IMG/VR virus record: IMGVR_UViG_3300029616_000006
DNA: 59,994 nucleotides
Source of the DNA: a virus
Direction: 5' to 3' (one strand)
Every line of letters begins with the position of its first letter. The stretch's first letter is position 1. The position numbers and the translations under genes are program-made. The notes beneath the pieces were generated by a model, which saw nothing but the letters and a program-made list of their open reading frames with translations, had not been told where the DNA came from and made no database searches. Shown piece after piece: positions 36,690 through 45,143 of this stretch.

Positions 36690-37286
36690 ATGATGAGTGA
36701 AACAAAAAACAGGGGTTTGGAATTGAATGAGGTAGCAATAAACTACCGAAATACAGGGGATGAAAGATACTTCGAGAAGTTATGGGAAGAGGTAAAACCA
36801 TTCGCATATATGAAAGGCAAGAAGTATTATAATACAATAAGTAAGAAGGATATGACAGAACTGGCAATGGTTTGCTTATATGATTGTTGCAGATGTATTA
36901 AGGAAGGGACCAACGTACTTACTTATTACGGTAGAGTTTTGGTTAATAGATACCATGATTTTTATAAGAAACCAAAGACAAGAGGGAATGACATATTAAA
37001 TAATGAAGCACTAAGTTTAGATTACGAATATAACGAAGAAGGAAATACCTCAGCATTTTATAATATGGTATCTAAAACCGAGGATGATTATTTTGATAAA
37101 GAGGATTTCTATAAAGAATGCCAATTAGTTGGAGTAGAAATTACTATATGCGAATTATTAGATTATGGTTATAAACAAACTGAAATACTTAATAAGTTAA
37201 ATATACAGCGTAAAGAATATAAAAGTTTGATAAAAACAATCCAAGATAAAATAGAAAAATACCATGATTTTGGAACTATTTATTAA
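36690..37286 (+). CDS. Sigma-like factor 2 (divergent)
   Basis: YFEKLWEEVKPFAY... N-terminus and C-terminal HTH YGYKQTEILNKLNIQRKEYKSLIKTIQDKI resemble small phage/ECF-like sigmas. Confidence 0.45.
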   Translation: MMSETKNRGLELNEVAINYRNTGDERYFEKLWEEVKPFAYMKGKKYYNTISKKDMTELAMVCLYDCCRCIKEGTNVLTYYGRVLVNRYHDFYKKPKTRGNDILNNEALSLDYEYNEEGNTSAFYNMVSKTEDDYFDKEDFYKECQLVGVEITICELLDYGYKQTEILNKLNIQRKEYKSLIKTIQDKIEKYHDFGTIY

Positions 37287-37301
37287 AATAGTTCCTTTTT
37301 T
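37272..37301 (+). terminator. Rho-independent terminator
   Basis: GGAACTATTT / AAATAGTTCC 10-bp stem, ATTA loop, T6. Confidence 0.8.
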
Positions 37302-37315
37302 ATTTCTAATTTCAG

Positions 37316-37321
37316 TATAAT
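37316..37321 (+). promoter_or_regulatory. -10 element (TTTCAGTATAAT)
   Basis: Immediately downstream of a terminator and upstream of the SSB/polymerase genes. Confidence 0.35.
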
Positions 37322-37355
37322 AAATATAGGAAGCAAAAGAAGGAGGAATGTTATT

Positions 37356-38123
37356 ATGGCAAGATTAAATGCAGAACAGGCAGCATCATTTCCACAAAAT
37401 AGTGGAAGAAATAGTTTCTTAGCACTACAAAATGATGGTGACTCAGCAGTAGTAAGATTTGCTTACAATACTGTTGCTGATTTATGTGGATGCGATTCTA
37501 TCCATGTAATCAAGAACAATGATACAGATAAGTATGTAAATGTTGACTGTTTGAAAACGGATTATAGTAATCCGGATAGTGTATGTCCACTATGTGCAGC
37601 AGGAATTAAAATGCAAAAAACTTACTATTTACAAGTAAGAAATGAAGAAACTGGTGAGATGCAATTATGGCAAAGAAGCGAAAACTTCGTACTTAATACA
37701 TTAGTACCAGTGTTACAGGATTACGAAGATGATGGTACACCAATTACTGGGGTTCCAATTAAGATTGTTCGTCATGGAGCAAAAGGAGATTTGAATACCA
37801 CTTATGCTTTAATTCCGAAACAAGTAGATGGTATGACATTAGACCAATTTCCAGAAGACATTGATGTAAGGGAAGAAGGAATTATTAAAGAATATGATTT
37901 CAATACTTTACAAAACTATGTTAATACTGGTAAATTACCAAATAATAGTAATTCTAATGAACAAAATCCAGCCATTAGACCAAGAGGTAATAATCCAATG
38001 AATATGGGACAACCAGCAAGGGTTGAGGATTACCAACAACCAGATTTAAGAAAAGGTCCATCTAATATGCAAGCACCTGCTAATAGAAATAGACGAACTA
38101 TAAATAATCAAGGCGGATTTTAA
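37356..38123 (+). CDS. T4 gp32-like single-stranded DNA-binding protein
   Basis: SAVVRFAY...H...VDCL...SVCPLCAAG...TYYLQV parallels gp32 AVIRFLP...H...C...CPVC...SYWANI (recalled, not aligned). Confidence 0.55.
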   Translation: MARLNAEQAASFPQNSGRNSFLALQNDGDSAVVRFAYNTVADLCGCDSIHVIKNNDTDKYVNVDCLKTDYSNPDSVCPLCAAGIKMQKTYYLQVRNEETGEMQLWQRSENFVLNTLVPVLQDYEDDGTPITGVPIKIVRHGAKGDLNTTYALIPKQVDGMTLDQFPEDIDVREEGIIKEYDFNTLQNYVNTGKLPNNSNSNEQNPAIRPRGNNPMNMGQPARVEDYQQPDLRKGPSNMQAPANRNRRTINNQGGF

Positions 38124-40411
38124 TGCCGGCACTATTCGATACATTTTCTAGAAGCTCTAAGGAATTAGATAAACAACTTAAAGCAAAGTTAGAAAAGAAA
38201 ACTAAGGCTAAGGGTGGTAAATCTAATAACCTACTATCTAGAATAAATACAATTAGAGATAGAGTTGCGGAAAATCTAGGCGAATATAAAGATGATTATG
38301 AAATTCTTATATCAGATGAAGAAGTAAAAGCATATTTCGATAAAATAATTCAAAATGGGTTATGTGCAATAGATACAGAAACCACTGGATTAAACTTCTT
38401 CCAAGATAAGATAGTTGGTATATGTTTATATACAGAGGGATTAAGAGCTTCCTATATCCCTCTAAATCATATATCAAGTATATATCAAACAAGAATTGAT
38501 AATCAAGCAGACTTAGATTTGGTAAAGAATGAAATGAAAAGGTGCATTGAGAATAATGTTAAGTTTATTTACCATAATGGTAAGTTTGATGTTAATGTTT
38601 TAGAAACATTTTTAGAAACTAAAATGAATTGTCCATATTGGGATACATTAGTTGCTAGTTACTTAATTACTAACGATAAGAACCAAAGAAGTTTAAAAGA
38701 CCAGTATAGCAAGTATTGTAGTCATTTAGAGGATAAGGATAAGATAGATACATTAAGTCATTTCAATGATTTATTTGACGGATTGAGATTTGATTATGTT
38801 CCAATTGAGGTTGGATATATCTATGCGGCAAGAGATGCTTGGATGACTTATAAACTATATGAGCATCAAAAAGAATTCTTCGAAAAACCTGGTAATGAAG
38901 ATTTATATAAATTATTTACTGAAGTTGAAGTACCGTTAATTCAAGTTACAGCAGATATGCAAAGAACTGGTGTAGCAATAGATATGGATTTAGCAAAGAA
39001 GTTAAAAGATGAATATGATGGTAAATTAGAGGTAGTTACCCAACAGGTTAGAGATGAAATAGAGAAATACGAAGATAAGATAATAAAGTATAGAATGGTT
39101 CATTATAATTCAAAATTACAAGAACCAATAAACTTCCAAAGTCCAGAGCAATTAGCAATACTACTATATGATATAATTGGTTGTGTTAATCCAGATAAAG
39201 AGAAACCAAGAGCCGTTGATGAAAAGGCATTAAAGCATATCAATATACCATTAACTAAGGCTATATTAGAGTATAGGTCTATAACTAAATTGCTAAGCAC
39301 CTACATAGATGCTATACCAGCAAAGATAGAACCAAGTGATGGAAGATTACACGCTAGTTTTAATCAAAATGGTGCCGATACCGGTAGGTTTAGTAGTAGT
39401 GACCCAAACCTTCAAAATATACCAAGAGATGGTGGTATAAGATGTATGTTTAAAGCAACAGATGGTTATTATATGGTTGGTGCCGATTATTCGCAACAGG
39501 AACCAAGAGTACTAGCTCATTTATGCCAAGATGAAAATATGATAAATGCCTATAAGAGCGGAAGAGATTTATATAGTACTATGGCTAGTTTAGCATTCCA
39601 TGTACCATACGAACAGTGTAAAGAATTTAATCCAGATGGAACAACTAATCACGAAGGTAAGGAAAGAAGAAGTAGAATTAAGGCTGTTGTATTAGGATTG
39701 ATGTATGGTAGAGGAGATGCCAGTGTTGGTGAACAGTTAGGTATACCAGTAGAAGAGGCAAGGGAGTTATCAAAAGCATTATTCAATGCCTTCCCAAAGA
39801 TGAAGCAATATATTGAGGATACAAAAGCTGCCGTTAAGAAAATAGGTTATACTACAACCTTATGGGGAAGAAGAAGATATTTAGATTATATTACTAAAGA
39901 GAAATATGAATATAAGTATGGAGTAAATAGACCAGTAAACTTTGACCCATTATTTGATAGTGAAGATGGTGGTAGCCAAGAAGTTTCACAAGAAATAAAG
40001 GATTATTATAATAATATTTTAGATAAAGCTAATTATGGTAAAAGGAAACAGATAATTGCCGAAGCAGAAAAAAATGGTATTCTTATAGAGGATAATGGTT
40101 ATTGGATTGCGGAGTCGGAAAGACAAGTAGTTAATAGCATAGTTCAAGGTTCGGCAGCAGATATGACTAAAAGAGCTATGGTGGCTCTGTATAATAATAA
40201 AGAGCTGAATGATTTAGGTTTTAGATTACTAATGTCAGTTCACGATGAAAATATTGGTGAATGTCCAAAAGAAAATGTTAAGAGGGTAACACAATTATTA
40301 AGTGAAGTTATGATAGCAGCAAATAATAAGTGTTGTGTACCAATGAAATGTGATGCGGAGATATCTGAATGTTGGTATGGACCATCAATAAGATTAGATG
40401 AGGAGGAATAA
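38123..40411 (+). CDS. Family A DNA polymerase with a 3'-5' exonuclease domain
   Basis: Exo I AIDTETTGL; motif A DYSQQEPRVLAH; motif B RRSRIKAVVLGLMYG; motif C SVHDEN. Confidence 0.95.
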   Translation: MPALFDTFSRSSKELDKQLKAKLEKKTKAKGGKSNNLLSRINTIRDRVAENLGEYKDDYEILISDEEVKAYFDKIIQNGLCAIDTETTGLNFFQDKIVGICLYTEGLRASYIPLNHISSIYQTRIDNQADLDLVKNEMKRCIENNVKFIYHNGKFDVNVLETFLETKMNCPYWDTLVASYLITNDKNQRSLKDQYSKYCSHLEDKDKIDTLSHFNDLFDGLRFDYVPIEVGYIYAARDAWMTYKLYEHQKEFFEKPGNEDLYKLFTEVEVPLIQVTADMQRTGVAIDMDLAKKLKDEYDGKLEVVTQQVRDEIEKYEDKIIKYRMVHYNSKLQEPINFQSPEQLAILLYDIIGCVNPDKEKPRAVDEKALKHINIPLTKAILEYRSITKLLSTYIDAIPAKIEPSDGRLHASFNQNGADTGRFSSSDPNLQNIPRDGGIRCMFKATDGYYMVGADYSQQEPRVLAHLCQDENMINAYKSGRDLYSTMASLAFHVPYEQCKEFNPDGTTNHEGKERRSRIKAVVLGLMYGRGDASVGEQLGIPVEEARELSKALFNAFPKMKQYIEDTKAAVKKIGYTTTLWGRRRYLDYITKEKYEYKYGVNRPVNFDPLFDSEDGGSQEVSQEIKDYYNNILDKANYGKRKQIIAEAEKNGILIEDNGYWIAESERQVVNSIVQGSAADMTKRAMVALYNNKELNDLGFRLLMSVHDENIGECPKENVKRVTQLLSEVMIAANNKCCVPMKCDAEISECWYGPSIRLDEEE

Positions 40412-40413
40412 AA

Positions 40414-41334
40414 ATGGAGTATTACGTTGTTAAACCGCCATATAAGAACATTGTTAATTATTGTATAGAACATAAGATAGCAATGATGCTTTCTTATTAC
40501 AGTGATAAGAAGAAGGCATACGAAGATTTTCTAAAACCAAGAAAGGAAAGAGTGGAAAAAGGTTTGGAGAATGGAAAGTTATTTATGGATAGTGGTGCCT
40601 TTACTGCTTGGACTCAGGGGGTAGAATTAAATGTTGATGAGTATTGTAAATATATCAATGAATATGGTGAATATGTAGATTACTTCGGACAAGTAGATAC
40701 AATTCCAAAAGTTGGTTGTTCTTTACAAGAAGCAGATTTAGCAGCGAAAAAGACATTAGAAAACTACTTTGAGATGGTTTCTAAAGTAAAATATCCAGAA
40801 AAAGTGGTTTTTACATTTCACGTAGGTGAACCTGAGAAGTATTTAGTAGAGGCATTAGAGTGGGGTTCAAAGAATAAAGATAAGATGAAATTGATAGCTA
40901 TTGGTGGTATGGTTAAGAAAAATTCAAATGAGAAGAATTCAGTTATAACCAGAGTATTCGATGTTATAAGGGAAATATATCCAGATGTTAAAGTTCATTT
41001 ATTTGGATGTACTAGCAAACAATACTTTTTAGATTATCCAGCAACCAGTGGTGATAGTAGTAATTATATAATGTCAGCAACAAAAGGGGGTGTATGGACT
41101 CCTGGTGGTTTATATGGATTTGGTGAGAAACAAGATAAAAACCATTATCTAAGGCAAAGAAGAGATGTGAGGGAGGCAATAGATAAATACCTTGCAGAAA
41201 TAGAAATGCCAGCAGAATTACTAATGGAGCATGCTAAACATAGATTACTTGCTAATATTAAATACATAGAGAAGGAGTTCTATTTAAAGAAGGTAGAGAA
41301 TAAAAATAGGGTTATACCAAGGAGGTTATTCTAA
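40414..41334 (+). CDS. dpdA: DpdA-like DNA (7-deazaguanine) transglycosylase
   Basis: LFMDSGAFTAW and GQVDTIP motifs as recalled for the DpdA/TGT-like family; sits directly upstream of the preQ0 pathway genes. Confidence 0.6.
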   Translation: MEYYVVKPPYKNIVNYCIEHKIAMMLSYYSDKKKAYEDFLKPRKERVEKGLENGKLFMDSGAFTAWTQGVELNVDEYCKYINEYGEYVDYFGQVDTIPKVGCSLQEADLAAKKTLENYFEMVSKVKYPEKVVFTFHVGEPEKYLVEALEWGSKNKDKMKLIAIGGMVKKNSNEKNSVITRVFDVIREIYPDVKVHLFGCTSKQYFLDYPATSGDSSNYIMSATKGGVWTPGGLYGFGEKQDKNHYLRQRRDVREAIDKYLAEIEMPAELLMEHAKHRLLANIKYIEKEFYLKKVENKNRVIPRRLF

Positions 41335-42008
41335 TGTATAAGTTTGATGTTAAACCGGCTGATTATTTATTTAGTGATGAAGAAAGGGCTAGCAGACCAG
41401 ATTGTGCTATTGAAGAATTACATGGTGAGGATAAGGTTTTGAATAGTAAGGTTATAGATGATGCCTTCGAAAGAATCTTAAATGATTTTAAACCAAAACA
41501 TAATAAAGTAATCTTTTCTTTATGTAGTTCTAGTAGACCATATATTACTAGTGTTAAATGGAAATCATTTCACGAACATTTTGGAGATGTTGCAGATTTA
41601 GTTATATGTTCCAACGGTGGAATAATTCCAATTGAATATATGTGTTGTTTCCCATTTATGCAATATGATGCGCACAGAGCAAATGCTGGTACAGACCAAT
41701 TATATAAAGACAAGATGAAAGATAAATTACAAAGGTTCTTGGATAAGTTTGGGGATAATTACGAGGTAATAGTTTATAGCTTTTTACCAAGTTCAAGAAA
41801 TGCTGAAGCGATAAGAGAAATGAATGGGGCAGGTGGTGTACTATTACCAAGCCATGAAGTTTATAGAGATATTATTGATAATGGTTGTCCAGGAGTTAAT
41901 TCTAGAAGATACCCACAATGTGCTAGACAGGCTTTAAAGGAAATGGCAGATGCATTAGGTGTTGAAATAGATTTACCATTTTCAGCAAAACCAAGAAAAT
42001 TGTTCTAA
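41334..42008 (+). CDS. ArcS-like (DUF5591-like) protein, candidate preQ0-modifying enzyme
   Basis: LCSSSRPYITS fits C-x3-[KR]-P-Y-x2-S as recalled for archaeosine synthase; located between dpdA and queC. Confidence 0.4.
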   Translation: MYKFDVKPADYLFSDEERASRPDCAIEELHGEDKVLNSKVIDDAFERILNDFKPKHNKVIFSLCSSSRPYITSVKWKSFHEHFGDVADLVICSNGGIIPIEYMCCFPFMQYDAHRANAGTDQLYKDKMKDKLQRFLDKFGDNYEVIVYSFLPSSRNAEAIREMNGAGGVLLPSHEVYRDIIDNGCPGVNSRRYPQCARQALKEMADALGVEIDLPFSAKPRKLF

Positions 42009-42015
42009 AAAGATA

Positions 42016-42023
42016 CGTATAAT
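42016..42023 (+). promoter_or_regulatory. CGTATAAT promoter element (copy 5) ahead of the que operon
   Basis: CGTATAAT, then 7 nt, then GGAAGGAGGG, then ATG 42048. Confidence 0.5.
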
Positions 42024-42047
42024 ATATCTAGGAAGGAGGGAAGCCGA

Positions 42048-42746
42048 ATGAAAGCATTAGTTCTAAATAGTGGAGGTGTCGATAGTACAACTTGTGTTGG
42101 AATTGCCGTAGATAAATATGGTAGTGAAAATGTTGTTACCGCATCATTATACTATGGTCAAAAGCATGATAAAGAATTAAAGAGTGCCCAAGCAATTGCA
42201 GATTACTATGGTTGTAAGCATATTGAAATGGATATTTCGAATGTCATGGAATTTGCTAAAAATGTATGTACTTTAATGAAAGGCGGAGAAGATATTGAAC
42301 ATGCTTCTTATGCAGAACAGATTAAAGAACATGGCGAAGGTAGGGTTGCAACTTATGTACCTTTTAGAAATGGTTTACTATTAAGTATTGCAGCAGCAAT
42401 TGCTGATAGTATTTTTCCAAATGAAAAGGTTGAAATTCTTTATGGAGCACATGCTGATGATGCTGCTGGTAGAGCCTATGCTGATTGTAGTCCAGAGTTT
42501 GCAGAAGCAATGGATAAAGCAATTAACATTGGTACCTATGGTAATATCTCAGTAAGTAGACCATTGATTAATCTAAACAAAGCCGGAGTGGTTAAAATTG
42601 GTTTAGATTTAAAAGTTCCATATGAATTAACTTGGTCTTGCTATGAAGGTGGGGAGAAGCAATGCGGTGCTTGTGGTACTTGTATTGATAGAAAAGCAGC
42701 CTTTGAAGCAAATGGTGTAGAGGACCCAGTTCCTTATATGGAGTAG
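42048..42746 (+). CDS. queC: 7-cyano-7-deazaguanine synthase
   Basis: LNSGGVDSTTC PP-loop; C-terminal CGACGTC zinc cluster. Confidence 0.9.
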   Translation: MKALVLNSGGVDSTTCVGIAVDKYGSENVVTASLYYGQKHDKELKSAQAIADYYGCKHIEMDISNVMEFAKNVCTLMKGGEDIEHASYAEQIKEHGEGRVATYVPFRNGLLLSIAAAIADSIFPNEKVEILYGAHADDAAGRAYADCSPEFAEAMDKAINIGTYGNISVSRPLINLNKAGVVKIGLDLKVPYELTWSCYEGGEKQCGACGTCIDRKAAFEANGVEDPVPYME

Positions 42747-42754
42747 AAGAACAT

Positions 42755-42795
42755 AGTTGTATGAAAATCCAACCAACTTAAAAAATACTAGGAGG
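42755..42795 (+). promoter_or_regulatory. Candidate preQ1-I-like riboswitch aptamer overlapping the yhhQ SD
   Basis: P1 AGUUG (42755-59) / CAACU (42774-78); U after the P1 5' strand and C before the P1 3' strand; 12-nt A-rich tail; loop CC (42769-70) can pair with the SD GG (42791-92). Confidence 0.35.
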
Positions 42796-42803
42796 AAAGA
42801 AAG

Positions 42804-43454
42804 ATGAAAAAAAGAAGAAATATAAGTGTATTACAATTAGTACTTACTTTACTATTTGTAGTGAGTTTATTGATTAGTAATATTATTACTGCTAAGCAGG
42901 TTTTATTACCTTTCAATATTGTAATGACTGGGGCAGTTTTCATATTTCCAATAACTTATATACTTTCAGATTTATTCTCTGAGGTATATGGTTATAAATG
43001 GAGTAGAATAACTTGCTATCTAGCGTTTGCAGCAAACCTATTTATGGTGTTAGTATTCAGTGCTGTTATAGCAACACCAGCACCTGATTATTGGATGAAT
43101 CAAGAAGCATTCCAAACTGTGCTTGGTAATACACCTAGAGTATTTGCGGCATCATTACTATCATTCTTAATTGGAGATTTTGTTAATGATAGGGTATTTA
43201 AGAAGATGAAAGAGAAGCATCCATATGACCATAAAGGATTCGGATGGAGAGCTATACTATCTAGTCTTTGTGGAGAATTAGTAGATAGTTTAATCTTTTT
43301 ACCAATAGCATTTCTAGGTTCAATGCCTTTAAGTACATTAGCAACTATGACAGCAATGCAGGTGGTAATTAAAACTGGATATGAAGTGGTTATATTACCG
43401 ATTACTAGATTGGTTGTTAAGAAGGTTTCAAAATATGAGAGTAAATATATATAG
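42804..43454 (+). CDS. yhhQ: Queuosine-precursor (preQ0/preQ1) transporter, YhhQ/VUT family
   Basis: Multi-pass membrane protein; IFPITYILSDLFSEVYGYKWSR matches the YhhQ signature. Confidence 0.8.
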   Translation: MKKRRNISVLQLVLTLLFVVSLLISNIITAKQVLLPFNIVMTGAVFIFPITYILSDLFSEVYGYKWSRITCYLAFAANLFMVLVFSAVIATPAPDYWMNQEAFQTVLGNTPRVFAASLLSFLIGDFVNDRVFKKMKEKHPYDHKGFGWRAILSSLCGELVDSLIFLPIAFLGSMPLSTLATMTAMQVVIKTGYEVVILPITRLVVKKVSKYESKYI

Positions 43455-43468
43455 AGGAGGTATTATAA

Positions 43469-43816
43469 ATGTATTACGTAAGTAAAAGAATGGAAATTGC
43501 CGGTGCCCACAATCTTAAGTTAGATTATGAAAGTAAATGCCAGAATTTACATGGGCACAACTGGATTATAACAGTTTATTGTAAGGCAAAAGAGTTAAAT
43601 CATAATGGTATGGTGGAGGATTTTACTTTAATTAAGAAAAAAATCCATGATAAGCTAGACCATAAGTACATCAATGAAGTTCCAGAATTAAGTGGAATTA
43701 ATCCGACTGCTGAGAATATTGCTAAATGGATTTGTGAACAAATACCAACTTGTTATAAGGCGGAAGTTCAAGAATCAGAGGGTAACAAGGCAATTTATAT
43801 TGAGGAGGATTTCTAG
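43469..43816 (+). CDS. queD: 6-carboxy-5,6,7,8-tetrahydropterin synthase
   Basis: CQNLHGHNW, followed by ...HKYINE...PTAENIA. Confidence 0.85.
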   Translation: MYYVSKRMEIAGAHNLKLDYESKCQNLHGHNWIITVYCKAKELNHNGMVEDFTLIKKKIHDKLDHKYINEVPELSGINPTAENIAKWICEQIPTCYKAEVQESEGNKAIYIEEDF

Positions 43817-43817
43817 A

Positions 43818-44540
43818 ATGATTCCAGTTGCTGAGATATTTGGACCAACCATTCAAGGTGAAGGTCCAAATACCGGCATTAAAACATTATTTGTTAGAGT
43901 TGCCGGATGCGATTTTAAATGTAGTTGGTGTGATAGCAAGTTTGCTTGGAAGATTGATAAAGATACTAAAAGATATGAACCAGAGGAATTAGCTAAAGAA
44001 TTGGTTCAAAGATGTAGGGATACTTATACATCACATGTTATATTAACAGGGGGTAATCCTTGTTTATATAGTTTTGGTGAAGTTATAGATATTCTACACA
44101 ATAATAAAATTACCGTCGATGTGGAGACACAAGGAAGTAAGTTTCCAGAATGGATGAGTAAATTAGATTTAGTTGTCATTAGCCCTAAAGCACCATCAAG
44201 TGGTATGGAAGATGTTTATTATAAAATATCTAAGTGGTTAGATAGGGAAGATGTTAATAATAGAATAGCAATAAAGATACCGGTATTTAATAATGATGAT
44301 ATTGAATTCGCCGAGAAGTATTATGAGCTATGTGAGTATTATAAAACCGATTACGGTATGAATATAGATTTGTATATAAACGTTGGAAATACAAATACTT
44401 CTGAATCAGGGGATATATCAAGTAGAGTATTAAATGATTATAAACATTTAATTGAGAGGGTTATGGAGTCCAAGATGAAAAGAGTATTTGTAATGCTACA
44501 ATTACATACATTAGTTTGGGGTAACAAACAAGGAGTATAA
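43818..44540 (+). CDS. queE: 7-carboxy-7-deazaguanine synthase (radical SAM)
   Basis: ATG 43818 sits 9 nt after GAGGAGG; MIPVAEIFGPTIQGEG...CDFKCSWCD; the track's longer start overlaps queD and is rejected. Confidence 0.85.
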   Translation: MIPVAEIFGPTIQGEGPNTGIKTLFVRVAGCDFKCSWCDSKFAWKIDKDTKRYEPEELAKELVQRCRDTYTSHVILTGGNPCLYSFGEVIDILHNNKITVDVETQGSKFPEWMSKLDLVVISPKAPSSGMEDVYYKISKWLDREDVNNRIAIKIPVFNNDDIEFAEKYYELCEYYKTDYGMNIDLYINVGNTNTSESGDISSRVLNDYKHLIERVMESKMKRVFVMLQLHTLVWGNKQGV

Positions 44541-44550
44541 AGGAGGAAAT

Positions 44551-45132
44551 ATGAAAGCTATAGATACAGATAAAATTGAACAAGCTACTAAAATGCTTAT
44601 TGAAGCGTTAGGAGATGACCCAAGTAGACAAGGATTAGTTGAAACACCAAAAAGAGTAGCTAAGTATTGGAAAGAACTTGGTGAGGGAATGATGTATACC
44701 AATGAAGAAATTGGCAATATGTACAAGAAAGAATTTGAAATTGATTCAAGAGATTTAGTTACAATGCCAGGTATAGATGTATTTAGTCATTGCGAGCATC
44801 ATTTAGCATTGATGTATGATATGCAAGTTTCAGTGGCATATTTACCAAAAGATGGTAAAGTATTAGGATTAAGTAAAATTGCTAGAATTGCTGATATGTG
44901 CGCAAAAAGATTACAATTACAGGAAAGAATTGGAATGGATATTGCCGAATGTATTAGCATAGCAACTGGTAGTGAAGATGTATTAGTTGTAATTCAAGGT
45001 AAACATAGTTGTATGACTGCAAGAGGAATTAAGAAGGTAAATGCAGTTACTAAAACAAGTACAGCTAGAGGAAGATTTGAAACTGATAGAGCCTTAGAAG
45101 AAAGAGCTTATATTTTATTAGGATTAAAATAA
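44551..45132 (+). CDS. folE: GTP cyclohydrolase I
   Basis: FSHCEHHLALM and VVIQGKHSCMTARG motifs. Confidence 0.9.
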   Translation: MKAIDTDKIEQATKMLIEALGDDPSRQGLVETPKRVAKYWKELGEGMMYTNEEIGNMYKKEFEIDSRDLVTMPGIDVFSHCEHHLALMYDMQVSVAYLPKDGKVLGLSKIARIADMCAKRLQLQERIGMDIAECISIATGSEDVLVVIQGKHSCMTARGIKKVNAVTKTSTARGRFETDRALEERAYILLGLK

Positions 45133-45143
45133 GGAGGATTACG

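Noticed and set aside
43692-43817. Long N-terminal extension of QueE in the track (start 43692), overlapping queD
   Set aside because: The extension is out of frame with queD and has no SD. ATG 43818 has a GAGGAGG SD and yields the canonical QueE N-terminus MIPVAEIFGPTIQGEG.
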